Part shown: positions 11,431 to 24,300 of the stretch, one piece after another
Layout: the number at the start of each line of letters is the position of its first letter
How positions within the stretch are numbered: the stretch's first letter is position 1
Source: Gracilinanus agilis
Lineage: Eukaryota
NCBI RefSeq assembly: GCF_016433145.1
Contig: NC_058135.1
Span: 69,556,800 to 69,620,799, forward strand
Length of the DNA stretch: 64,000 nucleotides
Reading direction: 5' to 3'
The notes under the pieces: generated by a model
Seen by the model: the letters and a program-made list of their open reading frames with translations, nothing else
Databases searched by the model: none
Told to the model about the DNA's origin: nothing
Translations under genes and position numbers: made by a program

Positions 11431-12714
11431 TATGTGGCTGTTTTGTAGAGGTTGCACTCAAACATTATTATATTGGAAGGTTAAATCTTTACAATATACC
11501 TTTGAAAATATATTTTTTTTCTTTAGAGTTAACAGTGTGCTTTTAAATTTGCCTTCCTCTGGCTTCTACATCATGAGTTATTAATTACTAAGCTAATTCT
11601 TATTCCCACCAGTGCCTCCTACATCTGTGCCTGGACTTCATGGGAATTAAATGAGGCCAGCTTTTTATACAGGGAATATCTAGGCAAAGTTTAAAGTTTG
11701 CTTGCATTCTTATAAAATCTTTTTAAATTTAAAATTACATTATAAGTTTTCAAAGTCATGTGAGAAACCATTCAAAGACCAATATGTGAAAGCTAAATGT
11801 TATGCAGAACGTTTTTCCCCCTGAATCTTAGAGGAAAGAAGTAGCTTTGAAATCACCCCAAGAAGATATTGAAAATGTCAATGCCTTCCCATGAAATAAT
11901 ACCCAGGCATTTAGGTATTCCTCAGTTTGAAAACTAAACAATTGATGTCTCCATTAATGTGATAACTTCAGTGCAGGCAGCAATTAGAGTAAAGGGGCAA
12001 TGCAGTTTAAATAGTTTAACATGTTACATCTTACTTATAAGTGAATTAGATAGTGACTGTGGGTTCATAAGATAAAAAAACAGCGTCCAAATAGAAGGAA
12101 GAGCCATAACAAAGACAGGGCAATTAGAATGCCATCCCAGGTTACCAAAATTTAGAGGATGCTGACAGAAGCAGCATCCAATCCTTCAGCAGTTAGAAAC
12201 CTCATTCTGTCCAAGGGCAGGATCATACTCTCAATCAAGAGTGTGTTGGGGGGTGGGCTACTCCCTTCTTTAAAGAGTAGATTGCTAAATTTTCATTGTG
12301 AGCATTTACCCTTCAAAAATCAGTAAACACAACGATTATAGCTTAATTTATTTTTATGTTGTCTAGACCTAAGAAAGTGGTTGGAAAAATGTTAGTAATG
12401 CAGATTAACCTTTAGAAAATGAGTCCACTTCCCCCCAAGAGAATTAAATTTAAGTTTAAATTTAATTTGTTAATTTATTTTTTATTATATTATGTATTTA
12501 TATTATATATATATATATTAATAAAGTTAAATTAAAACTAATTTAACAACACATCCCTGCTCAGAGCCCAACTTCCCCAACAACTAGCCCTTTAGCAGCA
12601 TAGGCAGTGTGTCTTCCCAAAATGTTCTTCCCCTCTTAGAAGACCAAATCCTGGATAGGTGTCCAAAGGTCCCCTCTTTCCTTTCTAAGTCCAGGAAGTA
12701 GCTAAGTTGCAAAC

Positions 12715-12940
12715 CAAAATGAATAATAGACTTTGAAATCAGGAAGACATGATTTTTAATCCTATTTCCAATACTTATGTGTGACTACAGAAAAATCACT
12801 TTAGTGCTTTAAACTCCGTTTCTTTTGTGTATAAAATAAGGAAAATAATAGCACATACCTTACAGGGTTGTTGTGAGAATCAAGTGAGAGAGTATGGGTA
12901 AGCTGCTCTGTAAAAATTAAAGTGTTATATAAATACTATC
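12715..12940 (+). mobile_element. MIR SINE
   Basis: GAAATCAGGAAGAC head, CORE, and CCTTACAGGGTTGTTGTGAGAATCAAGTGAG 3' segment. Confidence 0.8.
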
Positions 12941-13189
12941 AGCATCATATCCCCAGGTGAAGAAATTCCCCCTTAGAGATCTACAGGAATCAAAAGGTAT
13001 GATGAATAAGGTTTTTCTGTATTTTCCAATTTTAAAGTCATGTTGTTATATTTTTTTAGATTCATTGATGATTTGGTGGCTTCATTACTGTACATTCACA
13101 TGGTAAAACTGGTTTTCCAAAACCACCTAGGAAGTTACTAATCGACTTTCTAAAATCTGTACCTGCTGCTATCAGTCACCTAAGAAGGG

Positions 13190-13440
13190 AATGGGTAGCA
13201 TTTTGGTCTTTGAGTCAGGATGACAAATTTAAATCCACAAATTTGATTTCTGACACTCGATGTGTGATGGTAGACAAGTCACTTATGTTTGCTTCAGTTG
13301 CCTCCACTATAAAATGTGATAATAATAATACTCACTTGAGGAATTGTTGTAAAGCTCAAATAAGATAAGAGTTTCTAGAACACTTAACACAGTTTCTCAC
13401 AAGTAGTCCATGCTATATAAAAGTTTATTCCCTCCTCCCT
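13190..13440 (+). mobile_element. MIR-type SINE
   Basis: GAGTCAGGA...GACAAGTCACTT...TATAAAATG core and TTATTCCCTCCTCCC tail. Confidence 0.7.
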
Positions 13441-13970
13441 ACCCCTGCCCAGGGCTTTGCACATGAGGATATTTGAATTGCTATTTCAACAGGTTTGGAT
13501 GTGGTGAAGTGTTTTTTGCTTATTTTTTTAAAGAATTTGATATATTAGTTTAATTTTTTATTCCCCTCTTAAATCCTGTATTCTGGTGCTGATTTATGCC
13601 TTTATTTGAAGACTTATGTATCTCTTTGGTTTATCAGAACTATAAGAAAATAATCTGGCACATAGTGAGTACTCAACAAATATTCAGCTATGATAATGAT
13701 GAAGAGAAGAAGACACATTAATCAAATCTTCCTCTTGTCTATTCTGTTAAAATCACCGGGCTTGGTGCTAGGAAGACAAGCCACAAAGAATGAAGCAATC
13801 TTTATTCAAAAGGAAAACTTCAGTTTTTAAAGCATTACCCCCAAAACAATCCTTTAGCTTAGAAGAAGCAGTATAATTTTTTTAAAAATACTTACTCACA
13901 TGCAAAAGCAAACAAGTTATTGGTGAGATTTCTAGAATTCATCTTTCTTTTTTTTAAGAGTAAGGAGGTT

Positions 13971-14183
13971 GAGGGCAGCTAGGTGGCTCAAGTGGATTGA
14001 GAACCAGGCCCAGAGACAGGAAGTCCTGGGTTCAAATCTGACCTCAGAAACTTCCTAGCTGTGTGACCCTGGGCAAGTCACTTAACCCCCATTGCCTCAC
14101 TCTTACTGCTTTTCTGCCTTAGAACTAAAACACAGTATTGATTCTAAGATGGAAGGTAGGGGTTTTAAAAAAATAAAATAAAA
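13971..14183 (+). mobile_element. SINE1_Mdo-type SINE
   Basis: Full head and tail. TSD AGTAAGGAGG at 13959-13968 and 14184-14193. Confidence 0.95.
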
Positions 14184-14479
14184 AGTAAGGAGGCAACACA
14201 GGAAGAGAAAATGAGTTCTTTATTATGTACAGAAAAGTATGCAGAATCAGTCATGCCTGAAAATAGATTTCAAAAAGTCTAAAAGAAAGATATGATTACT
14301 CAGTCATGGCTAAAACACAGAATATCAGTCACGAGGAGTGAAGTGATCTTAGGAGTGAGATGCTAATAACGAAAAGGAAAATTATATATTATACAGAATA
14401 GAAGAAAATGGTATTACATAAAACTAGTGTGGTTACAAAGGGAGTGTTTAGATACACTTAGATTTTAGTAATAGACCTA

Positions 14480-14915
14480 AATAATCTCTTACTACTAACA
14501 AAATTACTTTATGTATTTCCAGGAATTCAAGTTTCAAGGTCTACATAAATGACATTCAGGGCACTTAGTGAAAATTTTAAAAGGGATCAGGAAATCACTA
14601 ACAGTAATAGTTTCAAAAATGTAGGTGATAGAAGATTGGAGAGGGGCAAGGGCTACTCTGATTTTAAAATTGTTTAAAAAAAAAAAGGCAGCATGGTGTC
14701 ATTATTTTCAGCCAAATTCAGAAAAAAAAAGTTTACTTAAAAACATTTTTCAGATACTGAGAAAAAGTATTCCAAAAGAGTTCACAAAGAATAAGTTATA
14801 CTAAATAAACATATATATTTGATTTTCAGAATTATTATACTGTCAGATCAATGAAATACTAAGTAAATATGGCATTGATTTTAATTTCAGGAAAGCATTT
14901 GAAAAACTACTTTAT
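14480..14915 (+). mobile_element. CR1/L3 RT fragment
   Basis: GAGTTCACAAAGAATAAG (GFTKNKS) and AATTTCAGGAAAGCATTTGA (DFSKAFD-like) motifs. Confidence 0.7.
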
Positions 14916-14918
14916 ATG

Positions 14919-15592
14919 TGTAAGGGGGAAAACTTAGATATTGTATATATATATATTTTAAGGTGTGGTCACCAGGAATCAATAATTCAGATTGATTCCA
15001 TAATTAAAATAGACCCAAGTCAGGATGGGTTTTATGGTAGTTTATTTACAATTGGGAAAGTAGAAGGTAGGGAAATAGAGAGAGGGAGAGACTGGCAGGG
15101 ACCCGCAGAGGTCCTGACAGAGAGAGGGTTAAAAGGCTAATTAACCTAGGCTACTGGTCACAAGGCCTTAGCAATTAGAGAGGCAAAGAAGCCTTAGTGA
15201 GGTAGAGATGCTAGAAAAGCCAAGGTAGGCAAAAGGAAGTCAGCCTAACTTACCCACGTGACAATTCAGAAGGGAAGCTGCCTGAGGTCTCAGCAGAGAT
15301 CCTTCAGCACCAAGTTCAAAGCTCGAACTCCCCAACAGGAAGTTACCATCATATTTGAAGGACAGCAGCTTTCCTCACTTCCTGGAGGTCCACCTCTAGT
15401 TCAAGTGGACAAATGGCAGCCTCAACACTGTTTTGGAATGCCCAAAAGGCAGTCCCTTGTTCTTGATTTGTTACTTATTGTCACGTGTGGGTAACTCATC
15501 TCCCCTCCCCACTAAGGGAGGTGGGGATGACATTATCTCTGGTGGCTAGAGTTTCAACTATGAATAGGGGGTGAGCTAATTCCATTTACACA
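14919..15592 (-). mobile_element. Solo ERV LTR
   Basis: TGTAAG...TTACACA termini, 4-bp flanks TATG/CATG, minus-strand AATAAA (plus-strand TTTATT near 15042), higher GC than the flanks. Confidence 0.8.
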
Positions 15593-16289
15593 CATGTCTA
15601 TTCTTGGATGGGAAAAAACAAGGAATGTGGTATATATTATTGTGCCATTAATGATAATATGGTATTAGTGGAATTTTTAACTAGTCCGAACATTTTGGAA
15701 AACAATTTGGAAGTATGGGAAAAAACAGACAGGAGGGTCCCATTCAAGGTATGTTGGCAATTCTTAGATCTGTTTGATGTGTCCACTTGTTTGCTTCACT
15801 CCCACTCAGCCTCCTTTTATAAATAAGGGTCATAGTGGATAAGGAGGAAAGCACATACAGAAATAACTATGGTGTAAATAATATAATTTTTGAATGTTCA
15901 AAATGTAATCATAGCATAACCTCCCTAAGCCTCAGTTTCCTTTTCTGTAAAATGAGAATATTTGACTAGATGACTTCAGAGGTTCATTCAACTCTCAACC
16001 AATGATCTAATGAGCACATCTTCAATCAGACACAGACACATTCACATGTATAAATAATCACACATTCAGCACTCTTTAGCTATACCCTGCCTCCCCCCAA
16101 AAGCTAGGAAGCAGCAATCCAATCTCCAATACTGAAAAATCCCAAGTTTTGGTTTATGTGCTGTCAGCCTTACTGCCTCCAGACAAGGACCACAGTTGAT
16201 TTATGGGTATGGCCACAGCTAGGTTAAGTGTGAGATTTAAAGCCTGCCAACTGTGTGTCCCTGAGCTCTCAGGGCTTTTCTGCTCAGAA

Positions 16290-16400
16290 GCTGTAAACAG
16301 TCATCAGTTGTAAAAGCCTAGAACCAATGAGAGTGGTCTAAAGTGGGGGAAGGGGAGGAAGAAGTCAGGGATCTGGTCCAATATCCTATTAAAAGCCTTC
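16290..16400 (+). promoter_or_regulatory. Candidate core-promoter motif cluster (CCAAT, GA-box, TATA-like)
   Basis: AACCAATGAG 16322-16331, GGGGGAAGGGGAGG about 16345-16358, second CCAAT 16378-16382, TATTAAAA 16387-16394. Motif match only. Confidence 0.25.
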
Positions 16401-16779
16401 TGGCTCAATCCCCAGAGAACAAATAGAACTCCTAGAGCTGGGGAGGAGAGAGTGATAGGATAAAAGATTTAGAGCTGGAAGGGACCTTAGAGGTCATCTC
16501 CACATTTCTTGTAAATGCCACTTTCTTTCCACTACTAATACCCTGTACTTCAAGCTCCCACCACCTATTGTGATCCTTTTCTAATTTCCTTAGAGCATCT
16601 CTTCTCTGCCATCTATCTGGTATATCATTTACCTCCCATTTTTTTTATCTAATTGAATATCCCATTAGAAAAAAGTACCAAGACATATGCATACTTAATT
16701 ACTTTTAAATTATATGAATGTTAAACATTTATTATGCTAATAATTATGTTCCATTCATAAAATTCACATGTAAATGGGT

Positions 16780-17160
16780 ATTTTCAAAGGATACTTGATC
16801 TTGGACAATAAGAGAGTCACTGGAGATCACTGAGTAAAAAGAGTGACATCATTATATCTGGGTTTAGGAATAATTTTTCAGCTCTATAGAGAATGAATTG
16901 GAATGGAGAGAGAGATTCAAGGTAAGGAAGCAACTGAAATAGCTCAGCTCAGAGGTAATGAGAATTGAAGGAGAGAGGCAGGATTGTAAATGGAGGAAAG
17001 GAATATTCTAGAGGAAAAATCAATAAACTTAGCAATTGATTGGATATGTAAATGGAATGAGGAGTCAAAGAAGATACTAAGGTTGAAGATATGGGTAGTT
17101 AGAAGGATAGTGATATCAATAGAAACAAAGCATAAAAAAGAAATAAGTTTTGGGGAGAGG
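16780..17160 (-). mobile_element. L2 LINE fragment
   Basis: AGCAATTGATTGGATATG...GAGGAGTCAAAGAAGATACTAAGGTT antisense L2 pattern. Confidence 0.7.
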
Positions 17161-17278
17161 ATAATATAGTGGGATTTTTAATAGGGTCTTGCCAGATCAC
17201 CCTGGGTAACTGACCCTCTCCCATGGAAAAGGAAAGTTGGAGATGTGGCTATTATTTAGTGAATAGGAGGAAACTCAC

Positions 17279-17422
17279 CATGAAGGGCACCTACCACAGC
17301 AACAAGGTGATCTGGGGACATGGACGATGGGGTATGCTCCTCCAGAAGAGCGATGTTTATGTAGCTTTTGGTGTTTGTGTTTTGTTTGCTATGTGGTTCT
17401 GATGATCCTCAGAAGCTAATGC
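17279..17422 (-). other. Exon-like segment (144 nt) with strong splice sites; non-coding or containing a stop
   Basis: Acceptor TTTTGTTTTCAG and donor ATG|GTGAGT. All three frames contain a stop; the phase-1 frame has only one TGA. Confidence 0.3.
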
Positions 17423-17649
17423 CTGAAAACAAAATGCTTCTTGCCTAGGCACTTGCACAGCTACAGAAGGCCATCAATTGGATAGGTTGGAATAGAGGAA
17501 TATAATTTCCTAAGCAAAGAATGAAGGTGGCTTAATGGTTTAGCCAAACCCTAGAATTGACTATTATGGGGGACATTTGCCTTTGATTCATCTTCACAAC
17601 CTCTAATTTTCTACCCCTTATGGTCCTGCCCAAATCTACTGGGGGTATA

Positions 17650-18550
17650 AGCACTTACACTGAAAATAATTTCTCTACATAGCATTAATATAATTTTTTC
17701 TAAAGCCCAGGCTTAAAAAAAATCATCCCTCTATTCACAAACCTTCAGTGGCTCACAATTACCTCTGAAATAAAATACAATCTTCTCAGCTTCTCTTTCA
17801 ATGACTTTCACAATATTTTCCAACCTTATTTCATATTTTGCTCATTCATACTTTTTATATTTCAACCCAACTGACCTGCTAGGGGTCCCTCAAATCAAAG
17901 ACTCCATCACCTGTCTTGTTGTCTGTAAGTAAGATTGCCCCATTTCCTGGAACGTCTTCCCTCCTCACTTAAGTTCTGGTACAACTTAGGTGGTACTTTT
18001 AATTTAAAAAAATATTTTGTTTCAGATTATATGATGATGGAGTTTTCAATAATTGTTTACTGACATTTTGCAATCCATGTTCTCTCCCTCCCTCTTACCT
18101 CCCTTCTCCCCAACATGGCAAGTAATATAATATACATTATATGTGTATTATTATATGATTCACATTTTCATGTTCCTCCTGTTATGAAAGAAGATACATA
18201 TCACTTACACTAGAGGAAATTTATGGAGGAATAAAATGAAGAATGGTATGTTTCAATCTGCATTCAGATTCAGTTTGGTGGTGGTGGATAGCCTTTTTTG
18301 TCATGAGCAACTTAGTGTCTTCTGGATCACTGCACTGCTGATAATAGTTAAGTCATTCACATGTGGTACTTCTTAAATAAAAGCTTTCCTGATACTCTCC
18401 CATTCTTTGAATTAACCGTTTTTATTAAATTTTACTAAATTTACTAGATTCAGTATAAATGCCAGTCTTCAGTAGAATGTCTGACCCTTGAGGGGCACCG
18501 GCTATTTTTGACCTGAAATAGTGCTTTGTGCATAGTAGATAAGAAATGAT
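17650..18550 (+). mobile_element. L2 3' region interrupted by an L1 fragment
   Basis: AACCTTCAGTGGCTC...AAATAAAATACAA L2 motif; the sequence continues after 18363. Confidence 0.7.
17999..18362 (-). mobile_element. 5'-truncated L1 3' end
   Basis: Antisense L1 3' UTR with T-rich start. TSD GTGGTACTT at 17990-17998 and 18363-18371. Confidence 0.85.
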
Positions 18551-21500
18551 TATTAAATTACTAAACTGAATCTAGAAACTGAGGCCCAGAGAAACTAAAT
18601 GATCAAAGCCACCCAAGTATTAACAAAGCTGGCATTTTAACTTCAAGTCCTCTGACTCAAATTTAGTATTCTTTCCCAAGAACCACATTCTCTCTCATAA
18701 CCTGGCCCCAGAGAGACATCAATTTGCAAAGAAGTGGCCCAACCCAACTCAAAGTAATCTTTGGATGGGGAAGAGGAATACAAGGTATTAACCAATCCTG
18801 TACTACCTCAGAGTTAAGTCCTTTGAAAGCTGAAATAAAACCAATTAGAGAGAACTTTGCTTTTGTATTTAGCCTTAGTATACTTCTCCGCCTGCTGCCC
18901 ATAAGTTTTCCTGTTCCTGTCCCAATTAATTAATTTTATCTTTCCTTTGGGGACCTTGTATCTATGCGGTAGATATCTTGGATATCCACTCATATGCACA
19001 TTAGAATATCAGTTCTGTGATAGAAGGGACCATTTTTTGCCTTTAACATGGTGCTTGGAGCATATTAAATGCATTAAAAATGTTTCTTGATTTAACCTAT
19101 TAAGATTAAAATTGTCTAGTATCTTCATTTATATAATTATTTACTAAATAATGAAAAGTAGTCCAGAAAAAGAAAAGTCCTCTAGGTATGTGTGGCTGGC
19201 CATTCTCTTAGCAGCCACCTCCAAGAGCCAGGCTAAGAGTCAACATCTGGTAGCCCCAATGACCTCACATCTTTTTACTCAGGATTGCCAGTAAAAAAGC
19301 CCACACTTCCTCCCCCTACTTCAATTTATCTTCTCAGTGGTGTCTCCTTCCAAAGTCCCTCCAACTGGAGGACTCTGACCTCACTCTGGCCAAGAGGTGG
19401 GTCTTCCCAAATGCCAGAGAGTAAAGGAGACCTTTAGAATGGCAGCATTTGCCATCCCACTATCTTTCCTCTACCACCTTAAGTAGGTTATTTATGGATA
19501 AACAACAGGCTTTGTTTGTATTCTTATTCAACCAGATGGTGGGGTAAGAAACAGAGTTGATCTTCTGTCTTAAAATTAAATCTTTCTCCCTTTCAAAACT
19601 CCAAAGTTTGTCTTGGGGTGCCAAAGAAAGGGGTACAGGCTAGTGTTAAATTTTCATGGACCAGATCAGTTTACTCATAAAGTAGTCTCTAACCTAAAAC
19701 ATACCTTTCTCTCTTCCCTTCTTTGACAATTCTGGCTTTGAACTCCTTTATATGACCTAGCAAAATATAATCACCTGCTGCTTTGATTCCTTTCCCTCAC
19801 ACCTGTGTTGTGTTTGTCAAGACTAACACCTAAACAGGTTGTGTTATAGCTGCTTTCCTCACCTCAGGGTGCGAAGGTCTCTCCCAGGCTCAACACAAGC
19901 CAACAAACTCATTCATTCCAAATCCCTGCATTTCCAATACACAATGCCTACTATAAAAATGGAAGTTGCTAAAAAAAACCTGGAAAAAGCAACATGTTTA
20001 TAGTCAACTTATCACAAGCAGGGACAGCATAGGTCAGCATTTCTAGCCTTGAAATACTATTTTTCAAAACTGAGAACACTATGTATAGCAAGGGCATCAG
20101 AACTCACTTATAGGATTCAGGAAAGTGGCATAAAATCTAAATAATAAAGATTTCCTAAGGCATAGTTGGTCATCAAATGTATTTAGCTATCAGATGAACT
20201 TTTTAACCAACATTTATACATACGAAATTTAATAATAAGTAAGAAATATTCATAGTACAATGATGGTAGCATTTCTTTCCATACTTCTTGCCTTCACCAA
20301 CTTTATCCCTTTGTATGTTAATGTTGATCATTCAACTATTATTATGTATACAGTATAAATATGCAATTACAAAGCAGGTTTGCTCAAAGCTGGAAAAAGC
20401 CACTCTCAGGTGGGAAAATAATGTTTAAAATCAAAGCTATTGTTAGTTATTTCTGTGTTAGCTCTGTCTATATAATTCTCTACAAATAACTTGGTCCTTT
20501 CATAATGGACTCCCTAACCCATCCCTTCAAAAAAAATCAATGTAATAAAATGATACTTTTAACTCTGTTATTGTTCAGATTTTATGAAATGAAGTCCTTG
20601 ACCAGGATTATCTTTTTTATTCCTGATTTTAATTTAGAGGGGGACCATTGTCTTGGATATCAATGATTTAAGCTTTGAGAGCTGTGATGGGGAATTCCTG
20701 CAGTGCTCAATATTTCTGTTCTACTTCTTCTAAGAATGGTGGTCAAGTATAAATAGCAGGACAACAGTTGCATAATGTTCTCCTGAGAAAAAGAGTGAAT
20801 ATGGAGAATAGTACCTAGGTTTGACAGTTCTAAAGAGATTCTCTATCATAAATCCAAATCAGGAAAGTGAACTCCAAAACAAGATAGCTGCCAAGATTTA
20901 TTCAAAATGGCACCATAAAACAGAAGATGATTTGGATTATTGGTTCCAAGACCAGAAATTTAATGCGGTAGAAAAATAATGGATTTGCAGGCAATATGGG
21001 AGGTCCTGGATGTATGGTCATTTATCCATTCTATTTGCTCCTCAAAGGTTGCCCAGTGATCCAATAGGCTGGGGATCATACTAGTCAACTTTGAAATGGA
21101 AGATTCCAACCAAATCTTCTATTACATTCCTCTTCAGCTTTCTATTTTCTCTAAACTATATTTAAATCTCTTCTAAAGGATATTGAACTCATCTTTAATT
21201 TCTCCATTATTCCCCATCTCCAGGTAGTCATAAAATGTGTTGATTAATCCTTCAAAATTATAGCTTGGAATCAAACCTTCCTCTCCATTCACATGGCCAC
21301 TATACCCACAATAATATTAAAGGTCAAAATTTCCATTTATACAGGACCTTAAAGTTTAGAAAATGATTGTATAAATTATATTATTTGATATCAACCAAGC
21401 CCTTACTGCCTCATGCTTCTTGTGAGAGCAGAATTGTTTATGATGTTCTTTTTTAATAATCTATAGCTCTGAAGGTAGTTTCTAGATATATAGAAAAGAT

Positions 21501-21879
21501 ATCAAAGTTCTCACTGACTCAAAGGATATCTGCAGTATTTAAGAAATATTTAAAACATTTAAGAGGGACTACCGTAAAAGGTAATGGGTTCCCTCTCTTT
21601 GGAGGATCTCACGTAATGGCTCACCAATCTTGAAGCTCAACTGGTTATAGGTTAGACTAGAAGGCCTCTGAGATTACTTCTAAATGATTGTAATAAAACT
21701 GAGAAGCAACCTAGAGAAATGTAGATGCACAGAGAAATCATTGACTGACTTGTACTGTTTGTTTTATTTTGTTGATATGCCTAAAAGTTTAAGTTTAATG
21801 AAAGTGATGGAGAATGGATAAAAAGAACCCCACCATCACATTAGACTTATGCCAGCTCATACCAGCAATCAAAGTATCA

Positions 21880-22900
21880 GAGAATTACAAAATTTAGCAC
21901 CTCCAGGTAATCTCAGAGATCCTCCAATCTAATCTATGACCAGTTAAGTCTCAAGATTGGTGAGCCTTTATCTGAGGTTCTCCAACAAGAGGGAAACTGT
22001 TACCTTCTACATCAGTACCTTTTAAATATGTATACCTGGAGCAAGCCTAGAAGTTTTTCTTCCTCTTTCATATGCCAGCTCTTCAAATAATTTAATATAA
22101 CTATCATATCCCTTTCCTCTCCCTCCATGAATTTTTTTTTAGGTTAGGAATCCCAAGTTTCTTTAATGGATCCTTATAAATATAAGAGGGAAAACTATGA
22201 GACTGGCTGTAAATTAATAATTTTATTAATCAAAAGTAATATAGGAAAAGATGAAAAAATAGGAGAGATATATAGGTTACTTTCTTTTTTTTTTGCTCTA
22301 TTTAGCTTGCTATTCTGTGGCTGCCATTAGGCACCCCCTAGCCAAGCTCACAGAGCAGTCCAATCAGCAACAAACACAGAAGAGAAGAGAAAGGAATCTA
22401 CTTTTACCTCAGTTTATCAAACTCTTTCTCTGCCCACTAACTTTCACATTCCATGTCTCTGGAACTAACTATGGCTTTTTATTTTGCCTGGGCATGATCT
22501 CTTGACTCTATTGCTGCCTTTTTCAGGCTGCCATTCTATCCTTATGACCCAATTTGCTCAGTGATTTCCTTCCCACAATCCTCTTCTCTGGGTCAAGTTC
22601 AGGCTCACTGTGCAATCCCAGAAAGGGGGGGGGGGAGAGTGAATTTCCTTTGCACATAAATCATGTTCTTTTTTCCAGTCTATTCAGTATCATAATCATC
22701 ATTTTCTGAACTAGAATCTATGTTTCCTAAAATGTGATATTCATAACTGAATACATTATTCCATATGTAACCAGATCATGGCGCAGTATATTGGACCTAT
22801 ATTTCCTCTCATTTGGGGCACTTTGTTTCTCTTTTAATACAATTGATCTTTTTGTGGCCTTGTCATAATATTAACTCATAAGGTATTGGCAGACCACATG
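21880..22900 (-). mobile_element. CR1/L3 3' region interrupted by an LTR
   Basis: Antisense L3 motifs (AACTGAATACATTATTCCATATG...CAGATCATGG) on both sides of the LTR. Confidence 0.6.
22181..22656 (-). mobile_element. Solo ERV LTR
   Basis: T(A)TAAGAGGG...TTTGCACA termini. 4-bp TSD TAAA at 22177-22180 and 22657-22660. Minus-strand AATAAA. Confidence 0.75.
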
Positions 22901-22959
22901 TACACAGATAATTCAATACAAATTATATATGAAACACGGTAAAAGCAATTTCAAAAACT

Positions 22960-23235
22960 GACAAGGATCCTAGCAACTAGACAGAGTGAGGAAAGACCTA
23001 ATATTGAAAAGGTTCTGAACCTGAAAGATGAAGTAAGCCAGAAATTGTAAGAAGAAGAGGTAAAGAAGGGGTATGTGGAGGACATGAGAAATGGAAATAG
23101 CCTTTCAAGGCACTGATGTAGGAGATGGAATCCTGAATTTGGGGATTGCAAGAAGGCCAGATTAATTGGATTGAAGAATGTGAGGGAGAATAATATGAAA
23201 TCTGACAGTTAACATGTGATATAAAGGTTAGATTC
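22960..23235 (-). mobile_element. L2 fragment
   Basis: Purine-rich antisense L2 pattern (GCAAGAAGGCCAG...TGGATTGAAGAATGTG). Confidence 0.55.
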
Positions 23236-24009
23236 ATAACACTTATTCATTTAAGTTATTGATAAATTTTTGGACAACACAATACTAAAAATGAGTATTC
23301 TATAAAAAAAAAAAACTTCCATCCAAACTTGCATTGGGTTATTAATCATAACTATTTAGTCCTAGTCATAAACCCAATTCCAACTCTCCCTAACTGTATA
23401 ATCATCAAACCTATAGCACTCCATGTAATTCAAAATTATAACCTGAAAGTCTTGGTCAAACAGATTCCTAAAATTCCTAAAATCATTACAACATTCTATG
23501 GTCTACCAGTCAACTTGCTGAGTAAGTTAGGATAGTATATCTTATCCTTGAAGAAACCCTACTTTTAAGTGTTTTAAGAAATGCTATTTCTATGTGTTTA
23601 TAAGGTATTCAAGGATTAATGTGTTAAAGAATTTTAGTAATAGGATTCAGGATTAAAACTCAAGATCATTAGGTAATAATGATCACATTATATTATGTGA
23701 AGATTTTTGAAATTTAAGAAAATATTTATACCCAGGTGCCCTTATTTAAGATCAAGTTGCCAGGTGACTGGTTGAATGAAATACCTATAAGATATTATTT
23801 TTGTTGTCAATGCATCATTGTTGGTAATCCATCAAATGTTAGAGAACAGCGAAAGTGCCATATGCTTGGAAAAGAGCAAGAGTTTCATTGATAGACAGTA
23901 TACATGGAATGCAACAAAAGATATGGAATGGAATACCATGAGAGAAAATTTTTAGAGTTTTAGAGTCAGAGGATAATATTAATACAGAGCTAACATTTAT
24001 ATAGCACTT

Positions 24010-24300
24010 ACTTAAGTTTAAAGACTATAATAGAAATCTAGAGAAATGTGGGTTACATGATAATATAATGTAGGTAGGTTTAAAATTTTTGGAACAAATG
24101 GTCTGAAAATATAGTCATTTAAGGGTTTAACAAGGGAGGATGTCCATAGTATCCCAAATTGCCTTGGTCCTATTGTTAAATTTTTTAGCAATGAATTGAA
24201 TAACACTATAAGTGGCATGTCTGTCAAAATCTGTAGATGATACAAAAATTGGAGAAATAGATTGTACATGGAATAAAAAGTCAGGATTTAAAGGAAAAAA
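24010..24300 (+). mobile_element. CR1/L3 RT fragment
   Basis: CTTGGTCCTATTG...GGCATGTCTGTCAAAATCTGTAGATGATACAAAAATTGG resembles LGPVLF...GMLIKFADDTKLG. Confidence 0.75.

Noticed and set aside
23300-23520. G-poor, C/A-rich stretch considered as a possible NUMT
   Set aside because: Translation with the mitochondrial code on both strands gave no resemblance to mitochondrial proteins I know.
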